64,000 nt of DNA, from contig JBBRBU010000014.1 in NCBI GenBank assembly GCA_038205505.1, positions 8,067 through 72,066 of the forward strand, in the 5' to 3' direction. The notes under the pieces were generated by a model, which was not told where the DNA came from, searched no databases, and saw only the letters and a list, made by a program, of their open reading frames with translations. Within the stretch, counting starts at the first letter, position 1, and every line of letters begins with the position of its first letter. Positions 42,392 through 53,007 of the stretch are shown here, in pieces. This DNA is from Lysobacterales bacterium. GTDB lineage: Bacteria > Pseudomonadota > Gammaproteobacteria > Xanthomonadales > Rhodanobacteraceae. Made by a program: the position numbers and the translations under genes.

Positions 42392-42930
42392 AGCACGCTC
42401 CTTCGGAGCGCGGCATCCATGCCTTTTTTCACTCGCCTCAGGCGAGCGAGTGTCTTTCTCTTGCGTGGCCAAGAGAAAGGCACCACTGCGCCGCAGGAGC
42501 GGCGCGAACAGCGAAGCTGGCCCGCAGGGCGGAGGGCAGGAGCCCGGAGTCAAGAGAAGGCCACCCCGATACAGCGGTCTCCGGGCATTCGGCAACTGCT
42601 CCTGCGTTGCTCTCGACGGCTGTTCCGGACGCCGTTCTACCGCATCCATCCATGGATGCGGACCTCGGGCATCCATGCCTTCACGTGCGCAGCCAAGACG
42701 AAGCAGGTTCTCGCACGCTTTGGCTTCGGCTTTGCGCTGGCATTTCCTTCTCCCGCAAAACGGGAGAAGGTGCCGCAGGCGGATGAGGGGCCTTTGATTT
42801 TGACTTAGGCGCGAGTGTGGGGTGGCCTTTCTTTTGGTCACTTTTCTTTGGCCATGCAAAGAAAAGTGACTCGCTCGCCGGGAGGCGAGTGATACCCCGG
42901 CAGGGATGCCGCGCTCCGAAGGAGCGTGCT
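42392..42930. repeat. ~540-bp composite element bounded by ~90-bp imperfect inverted repeats (MITE/REPIN-like), containing a nested REP-like hairpin
   Basis: gcacgctccttcggagcgcggcatcc... at 42393 equals the reverse complement of the end at 42929. Core 42599-42680 resembles 21863-21968. ccttctcccg-caaaa-cgggagaagg hairpin at ~42746-42770. Confidence 0.8.
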
Positions 42931-43013
42931 TTCGATGAGCCAAATCACAGGACCGCTGCCTCAGCCAAGATGGACCCGTCAGCTAAACAAATCGATCAGA
43001 CTCCCGGAGTCGA

Positions 43014-43652
43014 TCAGCTCTCTTCGCCAGTCAACACAACATCAGCGCGACGCGCCGCAAACAATCCGACCGTGACGACGCCGACGATCTGGTTGATCTC
43101 GCGCTCCAGTGCTACCGGATCGTCGATGCGCAGGTTGTGTACATCGAGAATCCAGTTGCCATTATCGGTGACCACGTCGTCACGCCAGACCGGTTGACCG
43201 CCGAGCAGGACGAGCTGACGTGCGACATAACTGCGCGCCATCGGTATCACTTCGACGGGCAGTGGGAATTTCCCGAGTACCTCGACGCGTTTGCTTGGAT
43301 CGATGATGCAGACAAACTGCTTCGATGCGGCAGCGATGATCTTCTCGCGAGTCAAGGCAGCGCCCCCGCCCTTGATCAAGCAACCTTTCGGGTCGCACTC
43401 GTCGGCGCCGTCGACGTACAGCGCAAGTTCGCCACTCGCATTGAGTTCGACGATCGCAATGCCGCGCTCCTTGAGCAGGCGCGTCGATTGCTCGGAACTG
43501 GAGACCGCGGCCTCGATGTCGACGCGACGCTCGGCCAGCGCATCGATGAAATGAGCGACCGTGGAGCCGGTGCCAACGCCAACAACCATGCCCGGTTCGA
43601 CGTAGCGCATGGCTGCGCGCGCGGCGCGGCGCTTGCCTTCTTCCTTTGTCAT
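43014..43652 (-). CDS. rpiA: Ribose-5-phosphate isomerase A
   Basis: GVGTGST, YVDGADE and [12 protein letters not shown]. Confidence 0.96.
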   Translation of the reverse strand: MTKEEGKRRAARAAMRYVEPGMVVGVGTGSTVAHFIDALAERRVDIEAAVSSSEQSTRLLKERGIAIVELNASGELALYVDGADECDPKGCLIKGGGAALTREKIIAAASKQFVCIIDPSKRVEVLGKFPLPVEVIPMARSYVARQLVLLGGQPVWRDDVVTDNGNWILDVHNLRIDDPVALEREINQIVGVVTVGLFAARRADVVLTGEES

Positions 43653-43665
43653 ACGACTGACTCCG

Positions 43666-44124
43666 TTATTCCAAACCGAGGATGAAATCCCATTGTGGGC
43701 GCGTCACCGGCATCACCGACAGGCGGTTGCCGCGACGAACCAGTGCGAACTCTTCCAGTTCCGCGTGACCCTTGAGCTCGGTCAAGCTGATGGTGCGATT
43801 GAGCTTGCGTTTGAAGCGCACATCGACGAGTAGCCAGCGCGGCTCTTCGGGCTTGCTTGCCGCATCGTAATAGTCGCTGCGCTTGTCGAACTGGGTTGGA
43901 TCCGGATGCGCTTCGCTGGCCACTTCAGCGATGCCGACGACGCCCGGTTCGGCGCAGTTTGAGTGATAGAAAAGGATGCCGTCGCCAACTTGCATGCCGT
44001 CGCGCATGAAATTACGCGCCTGATAATTGCGCACGCCGCTCCAAGGCTCGGATTTGACCTTGGCGAGGGCGTCGATGGAGAACTCCTCTGGCTCACTCTT
44101 GATCAACCAGTATTTTTTGCTCAT
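43666..44124 (-). CDS. EVE domain protein
   Basis: [23 protein letters not shown] and RLSVMPV. Confidence 0.93.
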   Translation of the reverse strand: MSKKYWLIKSEPEEFSIDALAKVKSEPWSGVRNYQARNFMRDGMQVGDGILFYHSNCAEPGVVGIAEVASEAHPDPTQFDKRSDYYDAASKPEEPRWLLVDVRFKRKLNRTISLTELKGHAELEEFALVRRGNRLSVMPVTRPQWDFILGLE

Positions 44125-44226
44125 CGCAGCGTCGCTCGACATGGCTCCGATTTGACGAGCCGATACCGCATTGTCATGACATGATTGCTCGACATCGCTC
44201 GCTCTTGATCAACCAGCAGCGTGTCC

Positions 44227-44832
44227 TCATGATGTTTCCGCCCGGCAATCGATCAACTCGATCTCGGTGGCAATGTAGTCGAGATGGACATCCCAGATCG
44301 CGGGTTCGATCGCGTCGACCTGCTGGGCGGCATAGCCGATCCCGACCAGCAACGGACGCGCCGCTACTTCGCGCTCATGAACGAATGAGAATGTGGCGTC
44401 GTAGTAGCCACCGCCATACCCCATGCGGTGGCCTTGTCGATCGAATCCGAGCAGCGGCATCAGGACGATATCGATTTCCTGGGCAGCAAGCAGGTCTTGC
44501 TTGGTGCAGACCGGCTCGGGAATGCCGTAGCGGTTGGATTCGAGTTCGACCCCGGATCGCCATTCGACGAATGACAACAGTCTCGGTCCGGTTATACGCG
44601 GCAGGTAATAGTGTTGTCCGCGCCGGCTCAGGTTGCCGACGACGATGTGCAGCGGCAATTCGCCGTCTATCGCCCAGTAGCCGGCGACGCGTTGATCGAC
44701 GATGAAATCGGCGAGCTGTTCAAGCTGGCTGGCGACGCCGTTGGCCGCAGCAATGCGATCGCTGGCGACGAGTGCCTTGCGCCGCGCGCGCAATTCGGCG
44801 CGCAGGGTTTTGCGCTTGTCTTCGAGCGTCAT
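44227..44832 (-). CDS. ygfA: 5-formyltetrahydrofolate cyclo-ligase
   Basis: RYGIPEP and DIVLMPLLGFD...RMGYGGGYYD. Located downstream of 6S RNA. Confidence 0.93.
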   Translation of the reverse strand: MTLEDKRKTLRAELRARRKALVASDRIAAANGVASQLEQLADFIVDQRVAGYWAIDGELPLHIVVGNLSRRGQHYYLPRITGPRLLSFVEWRSGVELESNRYGIPEPVCTKQDLLAAQEIDIVLMPLLGFDRQGHRMGYGGGYYDATFSFVHEREVAARPLLVGIGYAAQQVDAIEPAIWDVHLDYIATEIELIDCRAETS

Positions 44833-44859
44833 GATTGCTGCGAAACGAAAAAAGGAGAG

Positions 44860-45047
44860 GCATCCTCCGCTGTGCCGATGCACATCGAACGACCTTGAAC
44901 CAAAAGGTTCAGGTGGGAGAGCGTTGCGTCGTCATCAGGCTTTCCGCTCACGGCGGACTTGCACACAAACGGTCGCGCTACTGTCCCGGGGTCGATACAG
45001 GAACAAGGCAAAATGTTGAATGGGCTGTCGAACACTGCCGAGGACAC
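44860..45047 (-). ncRNA. ssrS: 6S RNA
   Basis: Canonical zapA-ssrS-ygfA position, ~190 nt. Terminal pairing gtgtcct/aggatgc, a central bubble and the cctgaacc...ggttcaagg motif. Confidence 0.9.
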
Positions 45048-45053
45048 CGGGGT

Positions 45054-45350
45054 CTATTGTAGAGACCTCGACAAACCTGCTTCAAGCTTTGATTTCAACG
45101 CTTGCAGATGTTGTGCCAACTGGTCAGTGCTGGCCGCTTGCTGTTGTTTCAGGCCAAGCAGCTCATGCGCGATGTTCAGCCCGGCCAATACTGCGGTGCG
45201 CTCGAGGCCGCCACCACGATTACTTTCGCGTAGCTCACGCAATTTTCCATCAAGATAGCTGGCCGCGCCGATCAGCTCATTGCGTTCCTCGGGATCGCAG
45301 GCAATCTGGTAATCGCGGTCGAGGATGCGCACCGTTACGGCCTCACTCAT
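45054..45350 (-). CDS. zapA: Cell division protein ZapA
   Basis: VTVRILDRDYQIAC...ERTAVLAGLNIAHEL. Confidence 0.93.
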   Translation of the reverse strand: MSEAVTVRILDRDYQIACDPEERNELIGAASYLDGKLRELRESNRGGGLERTAVLAGLNIAHELLGLKQQQAASTDQLAQHLQALKSKLEAGLSRSLQ

Positions 45351-45574
45351 GGCTGATTCTGCTCCAGTGATTTGAGTCGGCCAATCATCGCCTCGACACG
45401 GCTGCGCGCCTGCTCATTGCGCGCAAGCAAACCCGCGCGCTCGGTAGCCAATTGCTCCTGACTGTGACGAAGAACCCGGTTTTCCTCATCCAGGCGTCGA
45501 CACAATTCGGTCAGCTGATCGACCTGTGAACTGATTTCGGAAAGGGCAGCAAGGGTGGGTGGCTTCTCGGACAT
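45347..45574 (-). CDS. ZapB-like coiled-coil protein (TIGR02449 type)
   Basis: RNEQARSRVEAMIGRLKSLE. ATGA overlap with zapA. Confidence 0.88.
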   Translation of the reverse strand: MSEKPPTLAALSEISSQVDQLTELCRRLDEENRVLRHSQEQLATERAGLLARNEQARSRVEAMIGRLKSLEQNQP

Positions 45575-45582
45575 GGATGGAA

Positions 45583-48500
45583 CTATACACCCGATAGGGG
45601 CTTGCCCAGCTTCGCGCGACGGCGCCGGTCGCGATCTCGAAGAAACCCGAAGCAAGCGTCCGCCGGCAACGGTTTCGATAGCCAATGGCCCTGGATTTCA
45701 TCGCATCCCTGCTCACGCAGGTACTCGGCCTGCTCTGCAGTTTCGACGCCCTCTGCAATCACGTTCAGGCCCAGCGAATGCGCCATGTTGATCACGGTGG
45801 CAGTGATCGCCTCGTCATCCGGATCCGTGGTGATGTCGCCGACGAATTCCTTGTCGATCTTGAGCGTGTCAATCGGTAGCCGACGCAGGTAGCTCAGCGA
45901 AGAGTAGCCGGTGCCGAAATCATCGATGGACAGGGTCACGCCGACCGCCTTGAGTTGCCGCAGCGTGCTGATCGACTGCTCGGCATTGGCCATGACCACC
46001 GTTTCGGTCAACTCGAGCTCGAGCTGGTTCGGCGCGACGTCGTTGGCGGCTAGAATGTCGCAAAGGCGCTGGATCAGATCGCTGCGCTGCAGTTGCAGTA
46101 CCGAGAGATTCACCGACATTGAAATATCGCGCAACCCCTCGCGCTGCCATTGCGCAAGTTGCTCGCAGGCTCGTTCAAGCACCCAGTCACCAATCTCGAT
46201 GATCAGCCCGGATTCTTCCGCGACCGGTATGAATGTCGATGGCGGGACATCGCCGAGTTCCTCACTGTGCCAGCGCAAGAGAGCCTCGACTCCGGTGATA
46301 TGGTCATCGAGGAGGGACAGCTTGGGCTGATAGACAAGGCTGAATTCATTGCGTTCCATGGCCTTGCGCAGGGCGCCGACCAGGGTCGCCCGCAGTCGAG
46401 CCGCCGCATCCATCGATTCGGTGTAGACCATATACGTCTTGCGACCGCGTTCCTTGGCTTGATACATCGCGGTGTCGGCGAACTTGAGCAGATCGGTCGG
46501 CGTCTGCGCATGATCCGGGTACAGGCTGATACCGATGGAAGGTGAGATAACGACATCCTGGCCGTCATTGAGCTCAAGCGGTTTCTCGAACGCACTGATC
46601 AGCTTCTGGGCGACGCGCTCTGCCTCGCCAGCGTCCGCAAGCTCCTCGAGGATGACGGTAAATTCGTCGCCGCCGATGCGCGCAACCGTGTCGCCATCCC
46701 GGATGTTGTCACGCAGACGGTTGCCAGCCGCCTTGAGCATGCGATCGCCGGCCGCGTGGCCCATCGAATCATTGACGTGCTTGAACCGGTCAAGATCGAG
46801 GAACAGCACCGCGACCTTGCGACCGCCGCGGCGCGAACGAATCACCGCGTGGCCCAGGCGCTCGGACAACAGGGTACGGTTGGGCAGCCCGGTCAAGGTG
46901 TCGTAGTTGGCCAGGTAGCGCAGTTCCTGCTCGTTGCGCTTGCGCTCGGTGATATCCGTGAGCACGCCGATGAAGTGGGTGCGCTGGCCTTGCGCATCGC
47001 GCACTTCCGAACTCTGCAGCCAGGAAAGAAACTCCTCGCCATCCTTGCGCCGCTGCCACAACTCGCCACGCCACAGCCCGTCTCGGCAGATCGACTCACG
47101 CAGGTTCAGATAGTAGTCGGTCGAATGCTGGGCGCAATTGAGCAGGTTGGCGGAACGACCGATGACTTCGCTTTCCTGCCATCCGGTAATGCGCGTGAAT
47201 GCTGGATTGACCGCAACGAAATTGAAATCCAGATCGCACACTGTGACCGCTTCGCGCATGCTGTTGATGACTTCCTCGACGACGCGCCGTTCGCGCTCGG
47301 CCTCCCTCGTGGCCGTTATGTTTCGTGCAGTTCCGCAGATCCGCAGGGCCCTGCCCGCCGCGTTGCGTTCGACGATCTTGCCGCGTGCCAGAACCCAGAT
47401 CCAGCTGCCATTGCGCATGCGCACGCGCTGCTCGGATTCGAACAACGGTGACTTGCCGTTGATGTGGTCGTCGAGCCGTTGCGCAATGGCTCGTTGATCG
47501 TCTGCATGCACGTTTTCGCGAACCCAGTCGTAGACCGACTGGATGACTTCCTGCTGCCCTCCGCGCGACCGAGCGGCACTGAGCCTGGTGAGGACGCCAC
47601 TCTCCATGTCGAGATCCCAGAACTCGTCGCTTGATCCCCACAGGGCGAGGCGCAGACGACTTTCGCGATCCTGCAACTCCATGGCATGAAGATGCTGCTC
47701 CATGCGTTTGCGCCTGACCGCCGCCCAAATGCTGAGCGCAAGCAGCAACCCGCAAAGCGCGTAGATCGCCAGCATGAACCGGCCGTTCCACCACAATGGA
47801 GTGACCACGAGGCTGGCCTCTGCACCGGATTCGTTCCAGTAACCATCGTGATTGCTGGCACGGACGCGAAAGGTGTAATGGCCGGCGTCGAGATTGGTGT
47901 AAGTCGCTTCATGACGCGTCCCGGCATCAATCCAGTTCTCGTCGAAACCATCGAGGCGATAGCGGAAACGATTGCGCTCGGGTGCGGTGAAATCGAGCGA
48001 GGCGAAGGCGAAATGGATGACCCGGTCGCGCTGGGCCATTCGAATTTCCTGACCGGACTGGTAGTGGGTCGTCAAGCCATCGCCAATCTGAATGTCGCTG
48101 ATGATCACGGGCGCGGCGAAGCGACTGACCGAAACGGCACCCGGCTTGACCAGATTCAGACCGTTGATACCGCCAAAGGCAAACCTGCCATCAGCGAGAG
48201 ACGCGAACGCTCCGCCGTTGAATTCCTGCCCCTGCAAACCGTCCTTGACCGAAAACTGGTGGGTCGCCCGGGTCGCCATGTCCAACGCGGTGATGCCGCG
48301 ATTCGAGCTCAACCACAGTCGGCGTGACTGATCCTCGAGAATGGCGTAGATCGTCGCATCGGGCAGGCCATCCTGTTTCATGATGCGCTCAAAGCGCGCG
48401 CTGTCCGGTCCAAGCTCGATCAGGTGATTGAGGCCACCATGCGTGCCGATCCAGAAACTTCCGTCAGGACTCTCGTGGATGACACGAATCACGCCACTTG

Positions 48501-50160
48501 AAAGCGAGGTTGGGTCGTTTCGTTCGTGCCGGAACTGACGAACCTGATTGCTATCGGGTTCAATGAGATTGAGACCTTCCGCCGTGCCGGCCCAAACGCG
48601 GCCCCGACGATCCTCGTGCAATGCGAGCACATGATTGTGGCTGAGGCTGCTGGGGTCGCCGTCCCGATGTTGCCAATAGCGCCACTGCTGGCTGAGCGGC
48701 TCATAGCGAGCGACGCCGATATTTCGGCCGGAGAACCAGATAGCCCCGTCACGACTGATGATCAGTGCACGTCGCGGGCTGGTCCCGGCCGGCTCGACCA
48801 TGCCAGGGTCGGGCGGCAGGACGGTGAATTTTCCTGTATCCGGATTCAGATGGCCGACGCCGAGATTACAGGCAAACCAGATCTGTCCCTGGGCGTCCTC
48901 GGCCAGTGCCTCGACCTGGAGAAGGCCGCGGGGTTCGGTCGAGAACGCCTTGAAAACGGCCTCGCCAAAATAGGTGAACTGCCCGCTTGATCGATCGTAT
49001 CGCTTGAGACCGTCTCCATCGGTTCCCATCCACAAACGACCCATTGAGTCTTCCAGGACCGAGCGGATGTTGTTCGTCGTGTCGACATCGCGGGCCGGGT
49101 TGCGATCACTCAAATAGGTGAATGTTGCACCGGTCGGATCCACCTTGCTCAGGCCGAGTGCTTCACTGCCAACCCAGAGCAGACCTGATTCATCGACAAG
49201 CAGTCGGGTGACGGCGCCTTGCGGCAGTCCGCCGGGGAGTTCGGCATCGGGACGAATCCAGCGCGTGCTTCCATCCTTCGGCGTGTAGATGACCAAGCCC
49301 TGGTCGGCGACCGAAAGCCATAACTTGCCCGCATCATCTTCGACAATCGCTACGATCGCTGCGGCTTCCTCACTGCTCCACAACAGGCTCGTAGTCTTGC
49401 CCTTGGCATCAAGGCTCAGCAAGCCATGCTTGCTACCGACGTAGAGCAAATGTCCTTCAGTCTCGAGGATGCTGTAGAAACCGCCCAGCGCATCGCCAGC
49501 GACCAGTTCGAGTTGATCCCCGTCTTTTGCGATCCGCCACAGGCCGGTACTGCTGGCGACCAGGATCGTGCCATCGCCAGTCAGTTTGATGTCGCGAACG
49601 ATGCCGACTTCCCGAATGTTGGCTGCGGCGATGAAATGCTGGCGACCGTTGCTCTCCGAGCTGAGCAGGTCGAGTCCGCCACGGCTGCCAATCCACAGGC
49701 CGCGAGAAGGATCGAGCAGCAGCGCCGTCACCGATTCTCGCGCATTGCGATCAAAGGCACCTCCAGCAAGCGCAAAGGAATCGAAGTGACCGCTGGCTGG
49801 ATCGAGGCGGGCGATCCCGCCAACACTGGTTCCGACCCAGATGCGGCCGTCGAGCGTTTCGGCGAGGGCAGTAATACCGCTGTCCGGAACGCCATTCAGA
49901 TCATCGGCGTCGTGCTCGAACAACCGGAAACGATAGCCATCGAATTGGTGCAATGCGCCCTGCGTGCCTACCCAGATCGTCCCGTCTCGACTCTGGATAA
50001 GTGACAACACCGAGTTCTGCAGCAGACCGCTTTCATTGTCCAGGCGGTCGAAATAGAATTCGCGCTCAATCGCTACACCGGCAAGGCTCATGCCGAGCAG
50101 CATCACCGACAATAGCCAACACGCCACGCGCAAGGCCGGATGCTGTCGCGTTAGCTGCAT
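45583..50160 (-). CDS. Periplasmic beta-propeller/Y_Y_Y sensor fused to PAS-PAS-GGDEF-EAL (c-di-GMP enzyme)
   Basis: Reg_prop-like repeats (LWVG, WIGTHGGLN), YTNLDAGHYTFRV, TM, PAS, RDGD I-site, GGDEF, EALLRW and DDFGTGYSSL. Confidence 0.92.
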   Translation of the reverse strand: MQLTRQHPALRVACWLLSVMLLGMSLAGVAIEREFYFDRLDNESGLLQNSVLSLIQSRDGTIWVGTQGALHQFDGYRFRLFEHDADDLNGVPDSGITALAETLDGRIWVGTSVGGIARLDPASGHFDSFALAGGAFDRNARESVTALLLDPSRGLWIGSRGGLDLLSSESNGRQHFIAAANIREVGIVRDIKLTGDGTILVASSTGLWRIAKDGDQLELVAGDALGGFYSILETEGHLLYVGSKHGLLSLDAKGKTTSLLWSSEEAAAIVAIVEDDAGKLWLSVADQGLVIYTPKDGSTRWIRPDAELPGGLPQGAVTRLLVDESGLLWVGSEALGLSKVDPTGATFTYLSDRNPARDVDTTNNIRSVLEDSMGRLWMGTDGDGLKRYDRSSGQFTYFGEAVFKAFSTEPRGLLQVEALAEDAQGQIWFACNLGVGHLNPDTGKFTVLPPDPGMVEPAGTSPRRALIISRDGAIWFSGRNIGVARYEPLSQQWRYWQHRDGDPSSLSHNHVLALHEDRRGRVWAGTAEGLNLIEPDSNQVRQFRHERNDPTSLSSGVIRVIHESPDGSFWIGTHGGLNHLIELGPDSARFERIMKQDGLPDATIYAILEDQSRRLWLSSNRGITALDMATRATHQFSVKDGLQGQEFNGGAFASLADGRFAFGGINGLNLVKPGAVSVSRFAAPVIISDIQIGDGLTTHYQSGQEIRMAQRDRVIHFAFASLDFTAPERNRFRYRLDGFDENWIDAGTRHEATYTNLDAGHYTFRVRASNHDGYWNESGAEASLVVTPLWWNGRFMLAIYALCGLLLALSIWAAVRRKRMEQHLHAMELQDRESRLRLALWGSSDEFWDLDMESGVLTRLSAARSRGGQQEVIQSVYDWVRENVHADDQRAIAQRLDDHINGKSPLFESEQRVRMRNGSWIWVLARGKIVERNAAGRALRICGTARNITATREAERERRVVEEVINSMREAVTVCDLDFNFVAVNPAFTRITGWQESEVIGRSANLLNCAQHSTDYYLNLRESICRDGLWRGELWQRRKDGEEFLSWLQSSEVRDAQGQRTHFIGVLTDITERKRNEQELRYLANYDTLTGLPNRTLLSERLGHAVIRSRRGGRKVAVLFLDLDRFKHVNDSMGHAAGDRMLKAAGNRLRDNIRDGDTVARIGGDEFTVILEELADAGEAERVAQKLISAFEKPLELNDGQDVVISPSIGISLYPDHAQTPTDLLKFADTAMYQAKERGRKTYMVYTESMDAAARLRATLVGALRKAMERNEFSLVYQPKLSLLDDHITGVEALLRWHSEELGDVPPSTFIPVAEESGLIIEIGDWVLERACEQLAQWQREGLRDISMSVNLSVLQLQRSDLIQRLCDILAANDVAPNQLELELTETVVMANAEQSISTLRQLKAVGVTLSIDDFGTGYSSLSYLRRLPIDTLKIDKEFVGDITTDPDDEAITATVINMAHSLGLNVIAEGVETAEQAEYLREQGCDEIQGHWLSKPLPADACFGFLRDRDRRRRAKLGKPLSGV

Positions 50161-50332
50161 ACCTCTCATGTTGCGATGGAATTCCCCGATACGGGCGCAG
50201 GCAGGCCCGAAGATCAGTGTAGGCAATAGCGCGCGGGCGTGCTACGTCTGGCGTAGCGACGCCGTCGGCAGCGGGTGTTTGTGGCCGAACGATGCAGGCT
50301 ACAATCGGACGATCACTTGAGCCGGGAAAACA

Positions 50333-50908
50333 ATGACTGAAGCGCCGATCAGCCATCAGGATTTTTCAGAAACCCTTGCGAAGTTGGGCGCTGGCGTCAG
50401 CGCCAGTGACTTGCACGGCTCCCTTACCGGTTACCTGGGTGCCGGCGGCAAGGCGACGGAAAATAATTGGGGTGAGGCCCTGGCACTGGATTTCAGCGCG
50501 CACGGCATCGAAGGCAATCCGCTCTTTGCGAAATTCTTCCGCCAATGCCGCGAGCAACTTGATGATGTTGAACTCGGCTTTGTGCCAATGCTTCCGGCAG
50601 ATGATGTCGGCCTGACGATTCGTGCCGAAGCACTGGTCGATTGGTGCCGCGGGTTCCTTGGCGGCATTGGCCTGGCGGGTGCCGGAAAGCGAAGTGGCGA
50701 ACTCTCCGCCGATGCCCGGGAGATCGTCAAGGATTTCGCCACCATTGCCTCCTCGAATCTCGATGTCAACGGTCAGGAGGAGGACGAATCGGCGTTCGCC
50801 GAGGTGGTCGAGTTCGTCCGTGTCGGCGTGCTTCTGTTGTACAGCGAATTGGCACCCGCAGTAGCAAAGCGTTCGCCAAACTCGCCGGGAAGCCGGAGCC
50901 TGCATTGA
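50333..50908 (+). CDS. ygfB: UPF0149 (YgfB/YecA) family protein
   Basis: SDLHGSLTGYL, WCRGFLGG and EVVEFVRVG. Located upstream of pepP. Confidence 0.9.
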   Translation: MTEAPISHQDFSETLAKLGAGVSASDLHGSLTGYLGAGGKATENNWGEALALDFSAHGIEGNPLFAKFFRQCREQLDDVELGFVPMLPADDVGLTIRAEALVDWCRGFLGGIGLAGAGKRSGELSADAREIVKDFATIASSNLDVNGQEEDESAFAEVVEFVRVGVLLLYSELAPAVAKRSPNSPGSRSLH

Positions 50909-52221
50909 AAATCGATTCCAAGGAATTTGCGCGCCGCCGCCGCCAGCTCATGCGCATGGCAGGCCAGGATGCCATCGTAATCGTGCCAGCCGCGCCCGAG
51001 CTGCTGCGCAACAACGATGCACATTATCCGTATCGTCAGGACAGCGACTTTCACTTTCTGACCGGGTTCGGCGAACCTGATGCCGTCCTTGCCCTCGTAC
51101 CTGGCCGCGCCCAGGGTGAGGTCATCCTGTTCTGCCGTGAGCGGGATCGCACTCGCGAACAATGGGATGGCTATCGCGCTGGCCAGGAAGGTGCGGTCGA
51201 TGACTATGGCATGGACGATGCGTTTCCGATCGAGGATATCGACGACATTCTTCCGGGCCTGATCGAAGGACGTTCCCGGGTCTACTATCACTTCGGTCGA
51301 GATACCGATTTCGATCTCGTGCTGATGGGATGGGTCAATAGCGTGCGCTCGAATGTCCGCCAGGGATCCCGACCACCACCGCACGAGTTTGTCGCGCTTT
51401 CTCACCTGCTCCACGATCTGCGCCTTTACAAATCGCGCGCCGAGTTGCGCTTGATGCGCAAGTCCGCGCAGATAGCCGCCGAGGCACATGTGCGCGCGAT
51501 GCGGGCGACGCGGCCGGGCATGAACGAGCATGAAGTCGAAGCCGAGTTGCTGCATACCTTTCGCAAGCACGGCGCGGTGCCAAGTTACGAGCCGATCGTC
51601 GGTGGAGGCGCAAACGGGTGCGTGCTGCACTATCGCGCCAACAATGCATTGCTGCGTGATGGCGACCTGCTGTTGATCGACGCCGGGGCCGAGTATGCCT
51701 GCTACGCTTCGGATATCACGCGCACGTTTCCGGTCAATGGCCGTTATTCACCCGAGCAACGCGCGCTGTACGAGATTGTCCTCGCCGCGCAGCTCGCTGC
51801 CATCGACAAGGTGCGCGCGGGAAATTCGTTCGAGGCCTATCACGAGGCCGCCGTACGCACGTTGACGGCAGGATTGATCAAACTCGGCCTGCTCAAGGGC
51901 AGTCTCAAGACCAACCTCGAGGCGCATACCTACCGCAGGTTCTACATGCACAAGACCGGCCACTGGCTCGGTCTGGATGTACATGATGTCGGCGATTATC
52001 GCGTCGATGGCGAGTTCCGCGAGCTTGAGCCGGGCATGGTTGTCACTGTCGAGCCGGGACTTTACATCGGTCCCGACATGAAAGGCGTGCCGGCGCGCTA
52101 TCGAGGCATTGGAATCCGCATTGAAGATGATGTCATCGTCACCAGCGGTGATCCCGAGGTGATTTCCGCCGGTGTTCCGAAGGACCCCGACGAAATCGAA
52201 GCCTTGATGGCGTTGCGCTGA
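50905..52221 (+). CDS. pepP: Xaa-Pro aminopeptidase
   Basis: YRQDSDF, LIDAG..Y.SDITRT, GHWLGLDVHD, TVEPG and GIRIEDD. TTG start overlapping the ygfB stop. Confidence 0.95.
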   Translation: MKIDSKEFARRRRQLMRMAGQDAIVIVPAAPELLRNNDAHYPYRQDSDFHFLTGFGEPDAVLALVPGRAQGEVILFCRERDRTREQWDGYRAGQEGAVDDYGMDDAFPIEDIDDILPGLIEGRSRVYYHFGRDTDFDLVLMGWVNSVRSNVRQGSRPPPHEFVALSHLLHDLRLYKSRAELRLMRKSAQIAAEAHVRAMRATRPGMNEHEVEAELLHTFRKHGAVPSYEPIVGGGANGCVLHYRANNALLRDGDLLLIDAGAEYACYASDITRTFPVNGRYSPEQRALYEIVLAAQLAAIDKVRAGNSFEAYHEAAVRTLTAGLIKLGLLKGSLKTNLEAHTYRRFYMHKTGHWLGLDVHDVGDYRVDGEFRELEPGMVVTVEPGLYIGPDMKGVPARYRGIGIRIEDDVIVTSGDPEVISAGVPKDPDEIEALMALR

Positions 52222-52237
52222 AGACTCTACGCGGGAC

Positions 52238-52870
52238 TCAGGCGCCGGGAGTCAACAGGTCGGCGGACGCAATGGCCGGTCCGCGCGCGTGCTGCGCCAG
52301 CACCTCGGCACGCCGGCCTCCGGCAAAGCGCCGCGACCAGTAAGGCTCGGAAAGGCTGCTTACGCTGACGCGCTTGCCGCTCGATGGCGAATGGATGAAA
52401 CGCCCGCCGTCAAGATAGATGCCGACATGCGAGACGCGCTTGCCCGAGGTGCGAAAGAACACGAGATCGCCGCTGCGCAGCTCGGCGCGCGCGACCTGAT
52501 GCCCTGAGAGGAATTGGGCTGCGGAGGTTCGCGGCAACTCGACGCCAATGCCGAGACGGAAGACGTAGCGCACGAACCCGCTGCAATCAAAACCGGTCGA
52601 TGGCTGGCGACCGCCGCGCTTGTAGCGGATATCGCGCAGCTTGTTGGCCAAGGTGGTCAGCAGTTGCACCGGCGAAAACGATTCAGCATTGCTCGAAGCG
52701 GCCGGCATCGGCGCAGGAATGCCCGGGAATTCCGAAACTGCCGGGGCTTTGAGTCGCGAAAGATCGAAGCCACGATCAACCGACCACACAGAAACCTGGT
52801 CGGCATGGACGGTTTTAAAGGCAGTCAAGCAGACCAACGCGACCAGCGCGAAAAGGCGGCAGAATTTCAT
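52238..52870 (-). CDS. Secreted NlpC/P60 (C40) cell-wall peptidase
   Basis: Signal peptide and catalytic GFDCSG, SHVGIY, FIHSP. Confidence 0.92.
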   Translation of the reverse strand: MKFCRLFALVALVCLTAFKTVHADQVSVWSVDRGFDLSRLKAPAVSEFPGIPAPMPAASSNAESFSPVQLLTTLANKLRDIRYKRGGRQPSTGFDCSGFVRYVFRLGIGVELPRTSAAQFLSGHQVARAELRSGDLVFFRTSGKRVSHVGIYLDGGRFIHSPSSGKRVSVSSLSEPYWSRRFAGGRRAEVLAQHARGPAIASADLLTPGA

Positions 52871-53007
52871 GGATGGCTGGCTCCGCTCGAGTCGTTTACT
52901 GGACCCGGCTCGGATGCGGGCTGCCCAAGACCTGAAACTAACCGATCCAGGCGATCTAAGTGTTCAATCCCCGTTAGGTGAGCGTTCAGCTGGAAAACCC
53001 GTGCCGA

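Noticed and set aside
42207-42943. Several 130-220-aa ORFs on both strands
   Set aside because: They arise from GC-rich palindromic repeats and have no transposase or other motif.
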